Source: Octopus bimaculoides (Eukaryota). Taken from it: a DNA stretch of 64,000 nucleotides. Shown piece by piece: positions 36,811 through 50,060 of this stretch. The notes beneath the pieces were generated by a model that searched no databases, was not told where the DNA came from, and was given only the letters and a program-made list of their open reading frames with translations. Where the stretch lies: positions 46,673,596 through 46,737,595 of the forward strand of contig NC_068998.1 in the NCBI RefSeq assembly GCF_001194135.2, written 5' to 3'. Numbering within the stretch: the first letter of the stretch is position 1; each line of letters starts with the position of its first letter. The position numbers and the translations under genes are program-made.

Positions 36811-37031
36811 CATCATCATCATCATTATTATTATTGTTTTTTTTAATTTTCTTTCTTCAAATTTTCTTCCATTTCTCGCCGAGTGTTTTCCGTACACCTA
36901 GGGCAGAGAAACTCGTATGCATTCCCAGTTTACACACGCAAATTCACAGGTAAAATATGTATTAAAAAAAAAAAAATAAATAAATAATAAATAAGTAAAT
37001 TCATGAATGGATGTTGTTTTCACATTATTTC

Positions 37032-37097
<66 letters not shown>

Positions 37098-37485
37098 GTT
37101 GCTATTATTATTTGTCTCGCTTCTCCGTTCTTGCTAAGTGTGTGTATTCAGTTGATACTGATCTTAGTTTAATCTTGTTAATAATTTTTATTGGATTATC
37201 TTTTACCAATTGATTGGACATGAAACAAGAGTCTCAACTTTATTGAAAATAGCTTATGCTGGATAAAAGCTGGCTTATAACCTTAAAAGAATTGACATCG
37301 ATATAAATACAATAAAACTACATTCAAACTCTTTCTTTCTCTCACGCACATACATACACATACACAAACACTAACACACATACAAATGCATACATATATT
37401 TGGTTACATAGCAACAGGATTCTTTCCAGAGATGAATAATTATAAAGGTTTGCATTGGTGACTATTGTTGTGAAATAAGCAAGAT

Positions 37486-37725
37486 GTATTTAGATATAAT
37501 AGTTAGTAGGACAACCAATGTAATGAAATACTGATCGGTTATGTAGATATAATAGTTGGTAGTACAACTAGTAGAGTGAAATATTAACTAGATATGTAGC
37601 AGTATAACTAGTACAGTAATATACTGACCATATATGTAGATATAATAGTAGTATAATCAGTACAATGAAAAATGATCAGATGTACAGATATAGTTAGTAG
37701 TACAACTAGTATAGTGAAATACAGT
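37486..37725. repeat. Degenerate minisatellite, about 55-bp unit (ATGTAGATATAATAGTTAGTAGTACAACTAGT...GAAATA)
   Basis: AGATATAATAGT anchor recurs several times. Confidence 0.7.
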
Positions 37726-37841
37726 TCTGTATTTAAGAGATGAGGAAGTATGTATATTGTTTACGTTGTTTACATTTGACGGATATTTGTCCTCATCTTG
37801 TTTGTTGTTAACACAACGTTTCGGCTGATATACCCTCCTAG

Positions 37842-37911
37842 GGCATACGGCGTAGTGGTTAAGAGCGCGGGCTACTAACCCCAAGTTTCCGAGTTTGATT
37901 CCAGGCAGTGA

Positions 37912-37993
<82 letters not shown>
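37842..37993 (+). mobile_element. Short tRNA-derived SINE (family D) with long (AAT)n tail
   Basis: GGCGTAGTGGTTAAGAGCGCGGGC...GAGTTTGATTCC (A and B boxes), then GCAGTGACCTG(AAT)n. Confidence 0.75.
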
Positions 37994-38155
37994 CACTTGA
38001 ACAAAACTGTACAAATCCAAATGTATGGTACCCTAGGCATAACACCTACATGAACTTCTAACTTGTTGTCTCTTGAGGTCTCTGGGTGAGACTTGGATCC
38101 AACTTGTACAAATGCAAAACAAAAGTCAAACATAAAATAATAATAATAATAATAT
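37994..38155 (+). mobile_element. Probable 3' UTR of a 5'-truncated LINE, flanked on both sides by (AAT)n
   Basis: Unique segment of about 140 bp ending CAAACATAA(AAT)n. The LINE assignment is inferred from the tail and from recollection. Confidence 0.4.
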
Positions 38156-39131
38156 CGNNNNNNNNNNNNNNNNNNNNNNNNNNNNNNNNNNNNNNNNNNN
38201 NNNNNNNNNNNNNNNNNNNNNNNNNNNNNNNNNNNNNNNNNNNNNNNNNNNNNNNNNNNNNNNNNNNNNNNNNNNNNNNNNNNNNNNNNNNNNNNNNNNN
38301 NNNNNNNNNNNNNNNNNNNNNNNNNNNNNNNNNNNNNNNNNNNNNNNNNNNNNNNNNNNNNNNNNNNNNNNNNNNNNNNNNNNNNNNNNNNNNNNNNNNN
38401 NNNNNNNNNNNNNNNNNNNNNNNNNNNNNNNNNNNNNNNNNNNNNNNNNNNNNNNNNNNNNNNNNNNNNNNNNNNNNNNNNNNNNNNNNNNNNNNNNNNN
38501 NNNNNNNNNNNNNNNNNNNNNNNNNNNNNNNNNNNNNNNNNNNNNNNNNNNNNNNNNNNNNNNNNNNNNNNNNNNNNNNNNNNNNNNNNNNNNNNNNNNN
38601 NNNNNNNNNNNNNNNNNNNNNNNNNNNNNNNNNNNNNNNNNNNNNNNNNNNNNNNNNNNNNNNNNNNNNNNNNNNNNNNNNNNNNNNNNNNNNNNNNNNN
38701 NNNNNNNNNNNNNNNNNNNNNNNNNNNNNNNNNNNNNNNNNNNNNNNNNNNNNNNNNNNNNNNNNNNNNNNNNNNNNNNNNNNNNNNNNNNNNNNNNNNN
38801 NNNNNNNNNNNNNNNNNNNNNNNNNNNNNNNNNNNNNNNNNNNNNNNNNNNNNNNNNNNNNNNNNNNNNNNNNNNNNNNNNNNNNNNNNNNNNNNNNNNN
38901 NNNNNNNNNNNNNNNNNNNNNNNNNNNNNNNNNNNNNNNNNNNNNNNNNNNNNNNNNNNNNNNNNNNNNNNNNNNNNNNNNNNNNNNNNNNNNNNNNNNN
39001 NNNNNNNNNNNNNNNNNNNNNNNNNNNNNNNNNNNNNNNNNNNNNNNNNNNNNNNNNNNNNNNNNNNNNNNNNNNNNNNNNNNNNNNNNNNNNNNNNNNN
39101 NNNNNNNNNNNNNNNNNNNNNNNNNNNNNNN

Positions 39132-39191
<60 letters not shown>

Positions 39192-39274
39192 CTTTTATAA
39201 TTTGGATGGGACATTATGCCAATGATAACACCGGCAATAGTCGTAGATGTCCTATTTATCATTAATTGACTGAT

Positions 39275-39489
39275 TAAGGCGGTGAGCTGGCAGAATCGTT
39301 AGCACACCGGGTAAAATGCTTAATGATATTCCGCCCGTCTTTATGATCTGAGTTCAAATTCTGACGAGTTCGACTTTGCGTTTCATCCTTTCGGGGCCGA
39401 TAAATTAAGTACCAGTCAAGTACTGGGGTCGACGTGATCGACTTATTCCGTCACCACAAACTTCAGGCTTTGTGCTTATAGTAGAAAGG
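39275..39489 (+). mobile_element. SINE family B, full length with 17-bp target-site duplication
   Basis: ATCATTAATTGACTGAT at 39258-39274 and 39490-39506. Confidence 0.93.
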
Positions 39490-40016
39490 ATCATTAATTG
39501 ACTGATATGACGAAGTTTTGCGCTACACATCTGTAATCTTCTCACATGATTTTCCAGTGGGTGTATTTTGTTATACGGGTGTCTGGTATTGAAGTATATT
39601 TCTGGTGGCGAGAGCCAGAATGTATGAGTATGACTCAGTTGCTTTCTTGTATGTTGAATAAATGTAATTTGGTAATGCAATAATGCAATGTGGTTATCGT
39701 GCTGTGTGTAGACGTGAATGTGTGTTTCCATTTTCCTCATTTATATATATATATATATATATATATGCAAGTGCATGTGTATTTCTATCTGTGTATGTAG
39801 ATATACATACATGCATACATACATACACACATATGCTAGCGCGCTCACACACGCACATATGTAGTTATTATCGTTTATAGCTTTATTCTGTCGTCTTTCA
39901 TTACAGATAATGCCTTGTAGATATGTTTCTGTTGCAGCTTATCTGATTCCACGCTTGATATAACCATACTAAATAACTCCATCCATCCATCCATCCATCC
40001 ATCCATCCATCCATCC

Positions 40017-40067
<51 letters not shown>

Positions 40068-40802
40068 GATCCATGTACGTTGAGCGTGCCCGTCGGCCTG
40101 TCTATCCACTAATACTTACGAATGTACATACATATTGCACAGATCCACGTTCTGCCCACCCCGTCTGTCTCTCTCACACACATATACACAAGCACATACA
40201 TTAATATTGTAATGTAAGTATTATATAATAAAATATATTACACTTACTGCTAACAATATCTGGCATAGAAGTCAGTACGTTCTACAGACAGGATATACAT
40301 ATTTCTTATATATATTTGTTGATCGTGCACTCTGGGTTTTGCTCACTGCTGGGCTGCTTTCTACTATAGGATAGAATAAACTGTGTGTAGTTTCATTCTC
40401 ATCACTTTCCCTCCTCCTTTACCTCACATCTTTCCCTTTTCTTTCTTTTCTTCTCTTTCTTGTCTCTCCCTAATTTCACAATCCTTCTGTCCCTACCTCT
40501 CTCTCCTCTTCTTCCACGTGACCGGTGTTCTACCAAGCCTGACCTTTCTTTGTTAGTTCGACTACCATCCGTGTAGCATCTCTTTTATTCCTTCCCATGA
40601 CTTTCATCTCTTATGTTCCTACCGTAAGGCTTCCCTTCCACACACGTCAGCTTTTTTTGATATCGTCTTTAGTCGAAAGACACGTGTTGTTAAAGTCCTG
40701 TTGTTTGTATTTGTAATTCTGTACCATTTTCCCGTTTTTTCGTCCTTGTTCTCTTATATATTCGTTTGCTTTCTTCCAAAGAATCTAGCACTCTTAGCTT
40801 AG

Positions 40803-40945
40803 ATTTTCTTCGGGCCGGCTTTATTGGAGCAGTCTCTGGTGTAACTTGCCGAAACTGCAACGACGATCTGGAACTCGACTGACGAAAGAAAGCTCCGAAA
40901 GATCCGTGCTTGTTTTTTTCCTGTCCTTTTTTTGTTGTCACTTGT
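40803..40945 (+). repeat. Third copy of the 16231/16651 dispersed repeat
   Basis: TTGGAGCAGTCTCTGGTGTAAC..CCGAAACTGCAA..GATCTGGAACTCGACTGACGAAAGAAAGCTCCGAA. Confidence 0.75.
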
Positions 40946-42129
40946 TACGTTTATGAAAACGTACTCAATTTCTTCCTGGAATCGATAGCATAGCGATCTT
41001 CTATCTAGAGCAGTAGGAAATATATATGTATATATATATATATGTATATATATATATGTATATATATATATGTATATATATATATGCTTGTATGTATTTG
41101 TTGTTGTTGTTGTTGACAACATAAAAATTTATACTTTCGAGAGAACGTATAATAGTGTCTTTTGTAATAGTGGATCTCGAAGTACTAACACCTTAAATTC
41201 ATCAATCCCCCTTTCCACCACCACCACCACCACCACCACCACCACCAGCATCATCACCGCCACAAGCATCAACAACATGAACACTATATCTATCGCTAGC
41301 ATCGTCATCAGCGCTAACACCTCCACTATATCCATCATCTCCAACACCATCACCTCAACCGCCAACAATAATGGCAGTACTATACCCACCACAGCTTCTG
41401 CCTCCACAACCGCCGCCGGCTCCACCACCACCACCACCACCTAAAATAGACATCCTCCCGGTGAGGTAGAAATGTAAAAAGAAAATAATGACAGTTTGTG
41501 AGATATAATTTCCACCCGGGGTGGGGGAGAACTACCTCTGTTATCTCTGCTTATGGTGAGTGAATAGTAACGATAGTAGGGTAGATTGGGTAGATTCTCA
41601 TACACACATACCCCACCGCCGCTGCATGTGCCGACATACAACCCCCGCCCATATATATATATAAACAAATAGTAAATGAGTATATGCATATATACGTACA
41701 GATGTATATGCACAGTTTTATATAAATACACACAAATATAAACACACACACACACATATATATATATATGTATATACACATACATATATATATGTGTATA
41801 TATATATATGTATACACACACACATATATATGTATATATACATACAAATATACATACATAATAATACATACATAGTATAGAAATAAATATGTATGTATAT
41901 TTACATGAATACATAAAAACATGCATACATTCTCACGTATATGTGTTTATATATACGTATGCAGGGGCGTATGTGTGTATGTACGCGCTTACAAGAATGT
42001 ATATGTTTTTCATCATGTATGTATTTATCTGTCTATTAATCAACCGATACTTATAGAATATATATATGCATACACCCCACCCCACACACACAAACGCATA
42101 TATATCTATATCTATCTATCTATCTATCT

Positions 42130-42196
<67 letters not shown>

Positions 42197-42548
42197 CACG
42201 CACATAATATTCGGTTGATGCTTTTTACCATAAGTGTATCATTTACATATTCTGAGTAATCAGCCAGTCATATTCGTCTATAATCACCATTATTATCCTA
42301 TTTGCCATCGTCACCGCCATCATCATCCTCATCACCACCACCACCATCTTATCAGCAAATATCTTAATAAACGTGCTATTAATGTAATCAAAATCACGAT
42401 ATCGAGTTACACTCGTTGACACATAGATTCACACATGCATACATACACACATATGCATTCACACATGTACACACGCACATCCTTGCATTCAAACACGTAG
42501 ATTTACACCCACATACGCACTGACATGCGCAAATACAAACAGATATGC

Positions 42549-42665
42549 CTTCCCTTTTAAAAGTAGTGGAAAGTAGTTTTTCTAGCGAGCGACTTGTTTC
42601 TAGGTGCTGTATCATTTTAGTACCAGGAGTGCGTCTCAAGTACATTGGAGCCCGTGGGGGTGTAT
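42549..42665 (-). CDS. Candidate exon (117 nt with a GC donor, or 42 nt to 42624): DTPPRAPMYLRRTPG(TKMIQHLETSRSLEKLLSTTFKRE)
   Basis: Strong acceptor tgcttttttatctcatcacag and an open frame; donors are weak and the antisense frame is also open. Confidence 0.22.
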
Positions 42666-43062
42666 CTGTGATGAGATAAAAAAGCATTCCATTTGATAGT
42701 ATAACCAATCTTTCTTTACTTCAAATACCACACAAGTGGGTAGAAACACAGCTGTGACTGTCCACTTGTCTGGATGTTTGAAATGCGATATGAATGTAAA
42801 GTCTTTGTATAAATAGACCCTCAGCCATACCTATATAACATTTTTCCATCACTGTTTAATTCGGTGTGGTTGAAGTGATCTCTGCTTCATGATTTTCCCG
42901 GGTCTTAACATATCACTAAATTTAATAGCAGGTGCCTACAAAACTTTCCATAAAGCCAATAAAACTTTAAGACACCAAAAACTTTTCCTGGAAACCTTAT
43001 GTAAGTTTTAGAAACGCCATCCAATATTAACTTTAGGGTCTCCAATACATCCCATTCTAAAC

Positions 43063-43378
43063 AGGCGAGTGGCTTAGTGGTTACGGTATCCAGTTCATGA
43101 TCGTAAGGTCGAGAGTTCGATTTTCTGCGGTGCGTCGTCTCCTTGCGCAACACATTTTATTTCTCTAGTTCAGCCAGCTGTCAAAATTGAATAGTACCTG
43201 TAATTCAAAGGGCCAGCCTTGTCACATTCTGTGTCACCTCTGAATCTCCTTGAAGACTACGTTGAGGCACGCGTGTCTGTGGAGTGCTCAGCCAATTGCA
43301 CGTTAATTTCAGGAACAGGTTGTTCCGTTGAACAGATTTACTGGAACCCTCGTCGTCGTATCCGGTGGAATGCCAATA
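43063..43378 (+). mobile_element. SINE subfamily C2, full length
   Basis: GGCGAGTGGCTTAGTGGTT head, GAGAGTTCGATT B box, and family C tail. Confidence 0.85.
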
Positions 43379-44213
43379 AATATATTTTTGACAGGACAGC
43401 AACTAATAACAGGTTTCTAATAACCAGTGGCTTTAAGGAATAGAACCTAAATAGCCTCTCAAACCAAAATATCCAGAAAAATTATTTGGTTTAATCCACC
43501 TTTCTCCCTACATGCGTTTCGTATTTAGAATGTTCGATTTTGAATACAACACCCTATCGCCTCACATTATCACTCACCGTCAGGAAATCCTTGTGAACTA
43601 GTGATTGGTCTGTTAGAAACTTGTAACCAGCAATGATATTGTTATCCAATTGAGAGATTAATATAAATATTCCCCCAGAGGTTATAGAAGCCACACACAT
43701 ATTACACACGTTATTTACAAGTGAGTACACAACAAATGCTGTTATAAGTCTCTCATTGGGGCGGTGGATGAGAACAAGAAGATAACAATTGTTTAGATTG
43801 TAAGCAGCTTTGTGATAACGTACTTACCTCCTGTGGGTGGCTTATGTGCATGCCTGCATGCGCGCGAGCGTGTGTACCATTTCCCCCGGTGGAATAAGTA
43901 GTGAGATGAAGGGGGGAAGAGTGAAGAATGAAGACCACCACTACATGTTTTCTTTTCTCTGAGTAAACTTCACGTCTTCTGCTAAATAGCGCCAGGTAAG
44001 TAGAAGCACTAGCATCATAACTTCGTATTCTTTCTTTTTCCTCCTCTCTCTCTCCCTCGATCAAATATGGTAACTTTTGGGTTGTTGCCCTTTCCCAACA
44101 TGTTATCTTTATCTCTCCAGTGCATATAAAACAATGTAAACACACACATACACACACATATACACACATACACGCAGGCGTATCATAGATATTGTTCGTG
44201 TATGTATATTATA

Positions 44214-44430
44214 GAGGTGGCGAGCTGGTAGAAACGTTAGCACGCCGGGTGAAATGCTTAGCGGTATTTCGTCTGCCACTGCGTTCTGAGTTCAAATTCT
44301 ATCGAGGTCGACTTTGCCTTTCATCCTTTCAGGATCGATAAATTAAGTACCAGTTGCGTACTGGAGTCGATCTAATCGGCTGGCCCCTCCCCCCAAATTT
44401 CGGGCCTTGTGCCTAGAGTAGAAAAGAATA
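44214..44430 (+). mobile_element. SINE family B, full length
   Basis: GGTGGCGAGCTGGTAGAAACGTTAGCACGCCGGG...GCCTTTCATCCTTTCAGGATCGATAAATTAAGTACCAG...GGCCTTGTGCCTAGAGTAGAAAAG. Confidence 0.92.
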
Positions 44431-44612
44431 TATATGTATGTATATATGCCCACACGCACATACTCTCTCTCATACACACACATATTGTATATATTTTAAT
44501 ACTCCGCTTATGCACAACCACTCAACTCAGGGTGCCCTGCATCTTGTAGCAGAAACAGCTGTAAGCTAATGATGTTCATTACGTAATTTTTTGTTCACTT
44601 GTCACTGAATTT

Positions 44613-44681
<69 letters not shown>

Positions 44682-45053
44682 GAACGCTTACAAACCTAAG
44701 TGTGTATGTGTGCGTGTGTATGTGTGCGTGTGTATGTGTGTGTGTGCCAGTACACATACGTACACACATACACACATGCACACATGTCAGTATGTAGCAT
44801 ATGTACTGGGGTTGGGCAATCGGTAAAAAATAGATCCCATGATGCATTGTAAATACTTTTAAACCCGTTGACCATAAATATTGTCGGAATGACAGAATAA
44901 CAAAATAACCGAATGTAACGAAATGTAAATGAGGTTGTCTCTCAGTGAAAGGAATGTTTCAGTTAAAAAAACTGCTTTGAATACATTTCCATGAATTATT
45001 CAAATGGAAGCCAAAGGGGTCCTTCAGGTCCTAGCAACAACAACAACAACAAC

Positions 45054-45337
<284 letters not shown>

Positions 45338-45781
45338 NNNNNNNNNNNNNNNNNNNNNNNNNNNNNNNNNNNNNNNNNNNNNNNNNNNNNNNNNNNNNNN
45401 NNNNNNNNNNNNNNNNNNNNNNNNNNNNNNNNNNNNNNNNNNNNNNNNNNNNNNNNNNNNNNNNNNNNNNNNNNNNNNNNNNNNNNNNNNNNNNNNNNNN
45501 NNNNNNNNNNNNNNNNNNNNNNNNNNNNNNNNNNNNNNNNNNNNNNNNNNNNNNNNNNNNNNNNNNNNNNNNNNNNNNNNNNNNNNNNNNNNNNNNNNNN
45601 NNNNNNNNNNNNNNNNNNNNNNNNNNNNNNNNNNNNNNNNNNNNNNNNNNNNNNNNNNNNNNNNNNNNNNNNNNNNNNNNNNNNNNNNNNNNNNNNNNNN
45701 NNNNNNNNNNNNNNNNNNNNNNNNNNNNNNNNNNNNNNNNNNNNNNNNNNNNNNNNNNNNNNNNNNNNNNNNNNNNNNNNN

Positions 45782-45828
<47 letters not shown>

Positions 45829-45837
45829 TAATAATAT

Positions 45838-46140
45838 CGAATGTGGAATCTAAAAACAGAAACAATTCCTATCATAGTAGGTGCCTTAGGTATAATAAAA
45901 AAATATTCAGACAAATACATAACAAAAACACAGGACTTACAAATATATATAACATACAGAAAATTGCACTACTGGGTACTGCACACATCCTACGCAAAAC
46001 ACTTTCAGTACAGTAACCATAAGAGCACCACAGCAAACCACATCACATACCCAAGGCGCACAGAGCTGCGCTCAGTAGTGAAGTGAAAGCATGTTATAAA
46101 AACAAAACTACTGAACAATAATAATAATAATAATAATAAC
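45838..46140 (+). mobile_element. R4/Dong-type RLE LINE 3' end with (AAT)n tail
   Basis: RMWNLKTETIPIIVGALGIIKKYSDKYITKT /1-nt frameshift/ GLTNIYNIQKIALLGTAHILRKTLSVQ*, then 3' UTR and (AAT)n. Confidence 0.85.
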
Positions 46141-48485
46141 AACAACAACGGCAGTGGTTGGGCACAGAATCAGTACTGACAAGATGAATGAGTTGAAGAA
46201 GTCTTGATCAATAAATTACATTTGTTTCGTGTTGTGTATATTTATGTATGTGTCTATGAGCAGATGTATATATGTATATATGTATATATGTATATATGTA
46301 TATATGTATATATGTATATATTTATGTCTGTAGGAATGTGTACATATGTATGTTGTGTTCGTGTGTATGTTTGTCTCTAACTGCATATATGTCTCTATGT
46401 CTCTATGTTCATGTCTGTATGTGTGTATGTATGTATGTATGTGTGCGTGTATGTGTGGGTATGAATGTCTCTAATAAACATTTTAATGGTTATTTTTTTT
46501 ATGTAGCTCTCTTTTCTGATGACATGAATATATTTTTACGTTTTCTTCCCCAGATATTTTAATATGTCACAATTTATAACCAAAGTGGAAACGACATCTT
46601 TTTAACAGAGATGTGGAACAGTAAAAATATGCAGAACTTATCTCAACTTTAAAGTGTCACATTGATTTCGTTATCTACATTCCGGAGATGCAGCTTTGTA
46701 TGTTGTTAGAAACCAACTCCTTCCTCAGAGGAAAAATTTAAATAATTGAAAGCAGAAGGCAACATACATACATAAATAGATAGATAGATAGATAGATACA
46801 TACATACATACATACATACATGCATACATACGTATACATAGATATGTACATGCATACTGCATATATTTCTATATATTTCTATATAGCGTCTGAGGATGGT
46901 TTAGCTGGCTGAAACTTCGAAAGTAAATGTTACAGCCGTTTCCATTAGTTATTTTAGGGTCATTATTCACTGGCTGACTCAGTCAACTGAACTGTTGAGA
47001 AACATTGAACGAAATTTAAAGATACTCTAGTCAGAGTCATTTTGTTCTGGTTATAATCATATATATATATNNNNNNNNNNNNNNNNNNNNNNNNNNNNNN
47101 NNNNNNNNNNNNNNNNNNNNNNNNNNNNNNNNNNNNNNNNNNNNNNNNNNNNNNNNNNNNNNNNNNNNNNNNNNNNNNNNNNNNNNNNNNNNNNNNNNNN
47201 NNNNNNNNNNNNNNNNNNNNNNNNNNNNNNNNNNNNNNNNNNNNNNNNNNNNNNNNNNNNNNNNNNNNNNNNNNNNNNNNNNNNNNNNNNNNNNNNNNNN
47301 NNNNNNNNNNNNNNNNNNNNNNNNNNNNNNNNNNNNNNNNNNNNNNNNNNNNNNNNNNNNNNNNNNNNNNNNNNNNNNNNNNNNNNNNNNNNNNNNNNNN
47401 NNNNNNNNNNNNNNNNNNNNNNNNNNNNNNNNNNNNNNNNNNNNNNNNNNNNNNNNNNNNNNNNNNNNNNNNNNNNNNNNNNNNNNNNNNNNNNNNNNNN
47501 NNNNNNNNNNNNNNNNNNNNNNNNNNNNNNNNNNNNNNNNNNNNNNNNNNNNNNNNNNNNNNNNNNNNNNNNNNNNNNNNNNNNNNNNNNNNNNNNNNNN
47601 NNNNNNNNNNNNNNNNNNNNNNNNNNNNNNNNNNNNNNNNNNNNNNNNNNNNNNNNNNNNNNNNNNNNNNNNNNNNNNNNNNNNNNNNNNNNNNNNNNNN
47701 NNNNNNNNNNNNNNNNNNNNNNNNNNNNNNNNNNNNNNNNNNNNNNNNNNNNNNNNNNNNNNNNNNNNNNNNNNNNNNNNNNNNNNNNNNNNNNNNNNNN
47801 NNNNNNNNNNNNNNNNNNNNNNNNNNNNNNNNNNNNNNNNNNNNNNNNNNNNNNNNNNNNNNNNNNNNNNNNNNNNNNNNNNNNNNATATGCATATATGG
47901 GTATTGGACATCACCAATGGGGCAAATAGCATGGAATACGTAAACAGACGAGTGACATATGGAAATACCACGAAAAAAATGGAAAACGGGACAAGTAAAC
48001 ACAGAAAAATGACCCTTCATCAGTTGTCGGCTGTCTATCCACTCCTCATTTGAGTAATCAACGACAACATGAGTCTTCAAAGACAGTTTGCTTCCATAAA
48101 TTCAAAAATAAAATTTAGGATTTATGAAGGGTCAAAGTTGGGAACAAAAACAGGATACTGGAGACATAGAAGGAAACTGAACGAAAAGAAACATGGAGGG
48201 TCGTTAGACCAGAACGAGAGGAAAATAGTGAACGCTGGGAGAAATAATTTCTTTGAAAAGAGAAAACATAGAAGGGAGAGAAAAAATGTCCTGTCCTTTG
48301 AAAGTCTGTGCAAGAAGAGAAGGATGATCATGTGAGGAAAAGAAAGATGGACGATGGTCATGTGTGAGCAACGGGAGGGAGAAAAAGAGAAAGAGGGGGA
48401 AAGAAAAAGAGGCAGAGAAAAATAGAAAGCGGCGAAAGAGGGAGGAGAGAAAAGGGAATTAGAGGTAAAAAAGGTGAAGATAAAC

Positions 48486-48566
48486 TTACTTAGAAATGGA
48501 TGTATATATACATGTATGTATGTATGTATGTATGTATGTATTACTTAGAAATGGATGTATATATAC

Positions 48567-48599
<33 letters not shown>

Positions 48600-48713
48600 T
48601 TACTTAGAAATGGATGTATATATACATGTATGTATGTATGTATGTATGTATGTATGTATTACTTAGAAATGGATGTATATATACATGTATGTATGTATGT
48701 ATGTATGTATGTA
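48486..48713. repeat. Four tandem copies of TTACTTAGAAATGGATGTATATATACA + (TGTA)n
   Basis: Unit starts at 48486, 48541, 48600, 48659 (periods 55, 59, 59). Confidence 0.9.
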
Positions 48714-48960
48714 TCTACAGTCAAACCTCGGTTATTTGAACATGAATTATGTAATAAAAACCTGAAATTGTTGTGATTATTTAATTTACCATAGTCTATA
48801 CAAGATTTCGAATAATGGTGCTACAACATTTTTCTCATATATATTCGCAACGTTTTCTCTTATATCTACAACGGTTAATAATTCAATTGAACACGGAAGT
48901 ATGTTCCATCAAAAGAGTTGGCCCTGGCCCTGTTATGACGCATGCGCCTCTTCTTTACAG

Positions 48961-48981
48961 ATACGAAAATACCACATCTCG
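48961..48981 (+). CDS. Candidate 21-nt frame-preserving microexon ATACGAAAATACCACATCTCG
   Basis: Acceptor catgcgcctcttctttacag with TGC at -18, donor gtatgt, length divisible by 3, all three frames open. Confidence 0.45.
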
Positions 48982-49340
48982 GTATGTCTATTAGTTTCGT
49001 CTCAGTTAACGACTTCCAAACATATCAAAGTAATTTTAAATACATAAATATTATCGACCGATTTAAAATGTTGACGTAAACAGAGGTGTCGGAATTCTCT
49101 CTGCGGCTTTGTTCCGAGTTTGTGTCTTGTTATAAGCGGCTGAGTTTATAGTCCTCATCGTAACTATCAATGGGAAGAGGACATCATTAATAAAGGACGT
49201 ACAGGAAAAAAATACATGAAATTTTAGTGACTACATCGTAGTGAAGAGACATTAGATATTGTACACACACAAACGCACGCACGCATACACACACGCGCAC
49301 ACAAATACACACATACGCATATATATATATAGATGTGTGG

Positions 49341-49394
<54 letters not shown>

Positions 49395-50005
49395 NNNNNN
49401 NNNNNNNNNNNNNNNNNNNNNNNNNNNNNNNNNNNNNNNNNNNNNNNNNNNNNNNNNNNNNNNNNNNNNNNNNNNNNNNNNNNNNNNNNNNNNNNNNNNN
49501 NNNNNNNNNNNNNNNNNNNNNNNNNNNNNNNNNNNNNNNNNNNNNNNNNNNNNNNNNNNNNNNNNNNNNNNNNNNNNNNNNNNNNNNNNNNNNNNNNNNN
49601 NNNNNNNNNNNNNNNNNNNNNNNNNNNNNNNNNNNNNNNNNNNNNNNNNNNNNNNNNNNNNNNNNNNNNNNNNNNNNNNNNNNNNNNNNNNNNNNNNNNN
49701 NNNNNNNNNNNNNNNNNNNNNNNNNNNNNNNNNNNNNNNNNNNNNNNNNNNNNNNNNNNNNNNNNNNNNNNNNNNNNNNNNNNNNNNNNNNNNNNNNNNN
49801 NNNNNNNNNNNNNNNNNNNNNNNNNNNNNNNNNNNNNNNNNNNNNNNNNNNNNNNNNNNNNNNNNNNNNNNNNNNNNNNNNNNNNNNNNNNNNNNNNNNN
49901 NNNNNNNNNNNNNNNNNNNNNNNNNNNNNNNNNNNNNNNNNNNNATAAATCTAGATATACATATCTATCTATCTATCTATCTGTGTATATATATTTATAT
50001 ATATG

Positions 50006-50060
<55 letters not shown>

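Noticed and set aside
41070-41444. 124-aa Thr/Ser-rich ORF as a mucin exon
   Set aside because: Decayed (ACC/ATC)n array; no splice sites bounding it and the start lies in (TA)n.
46888-46925. CTGAGGA...GAAAC hammerhead-like spacing
   Set aside because: Helix II and helix I do not pair adequately.
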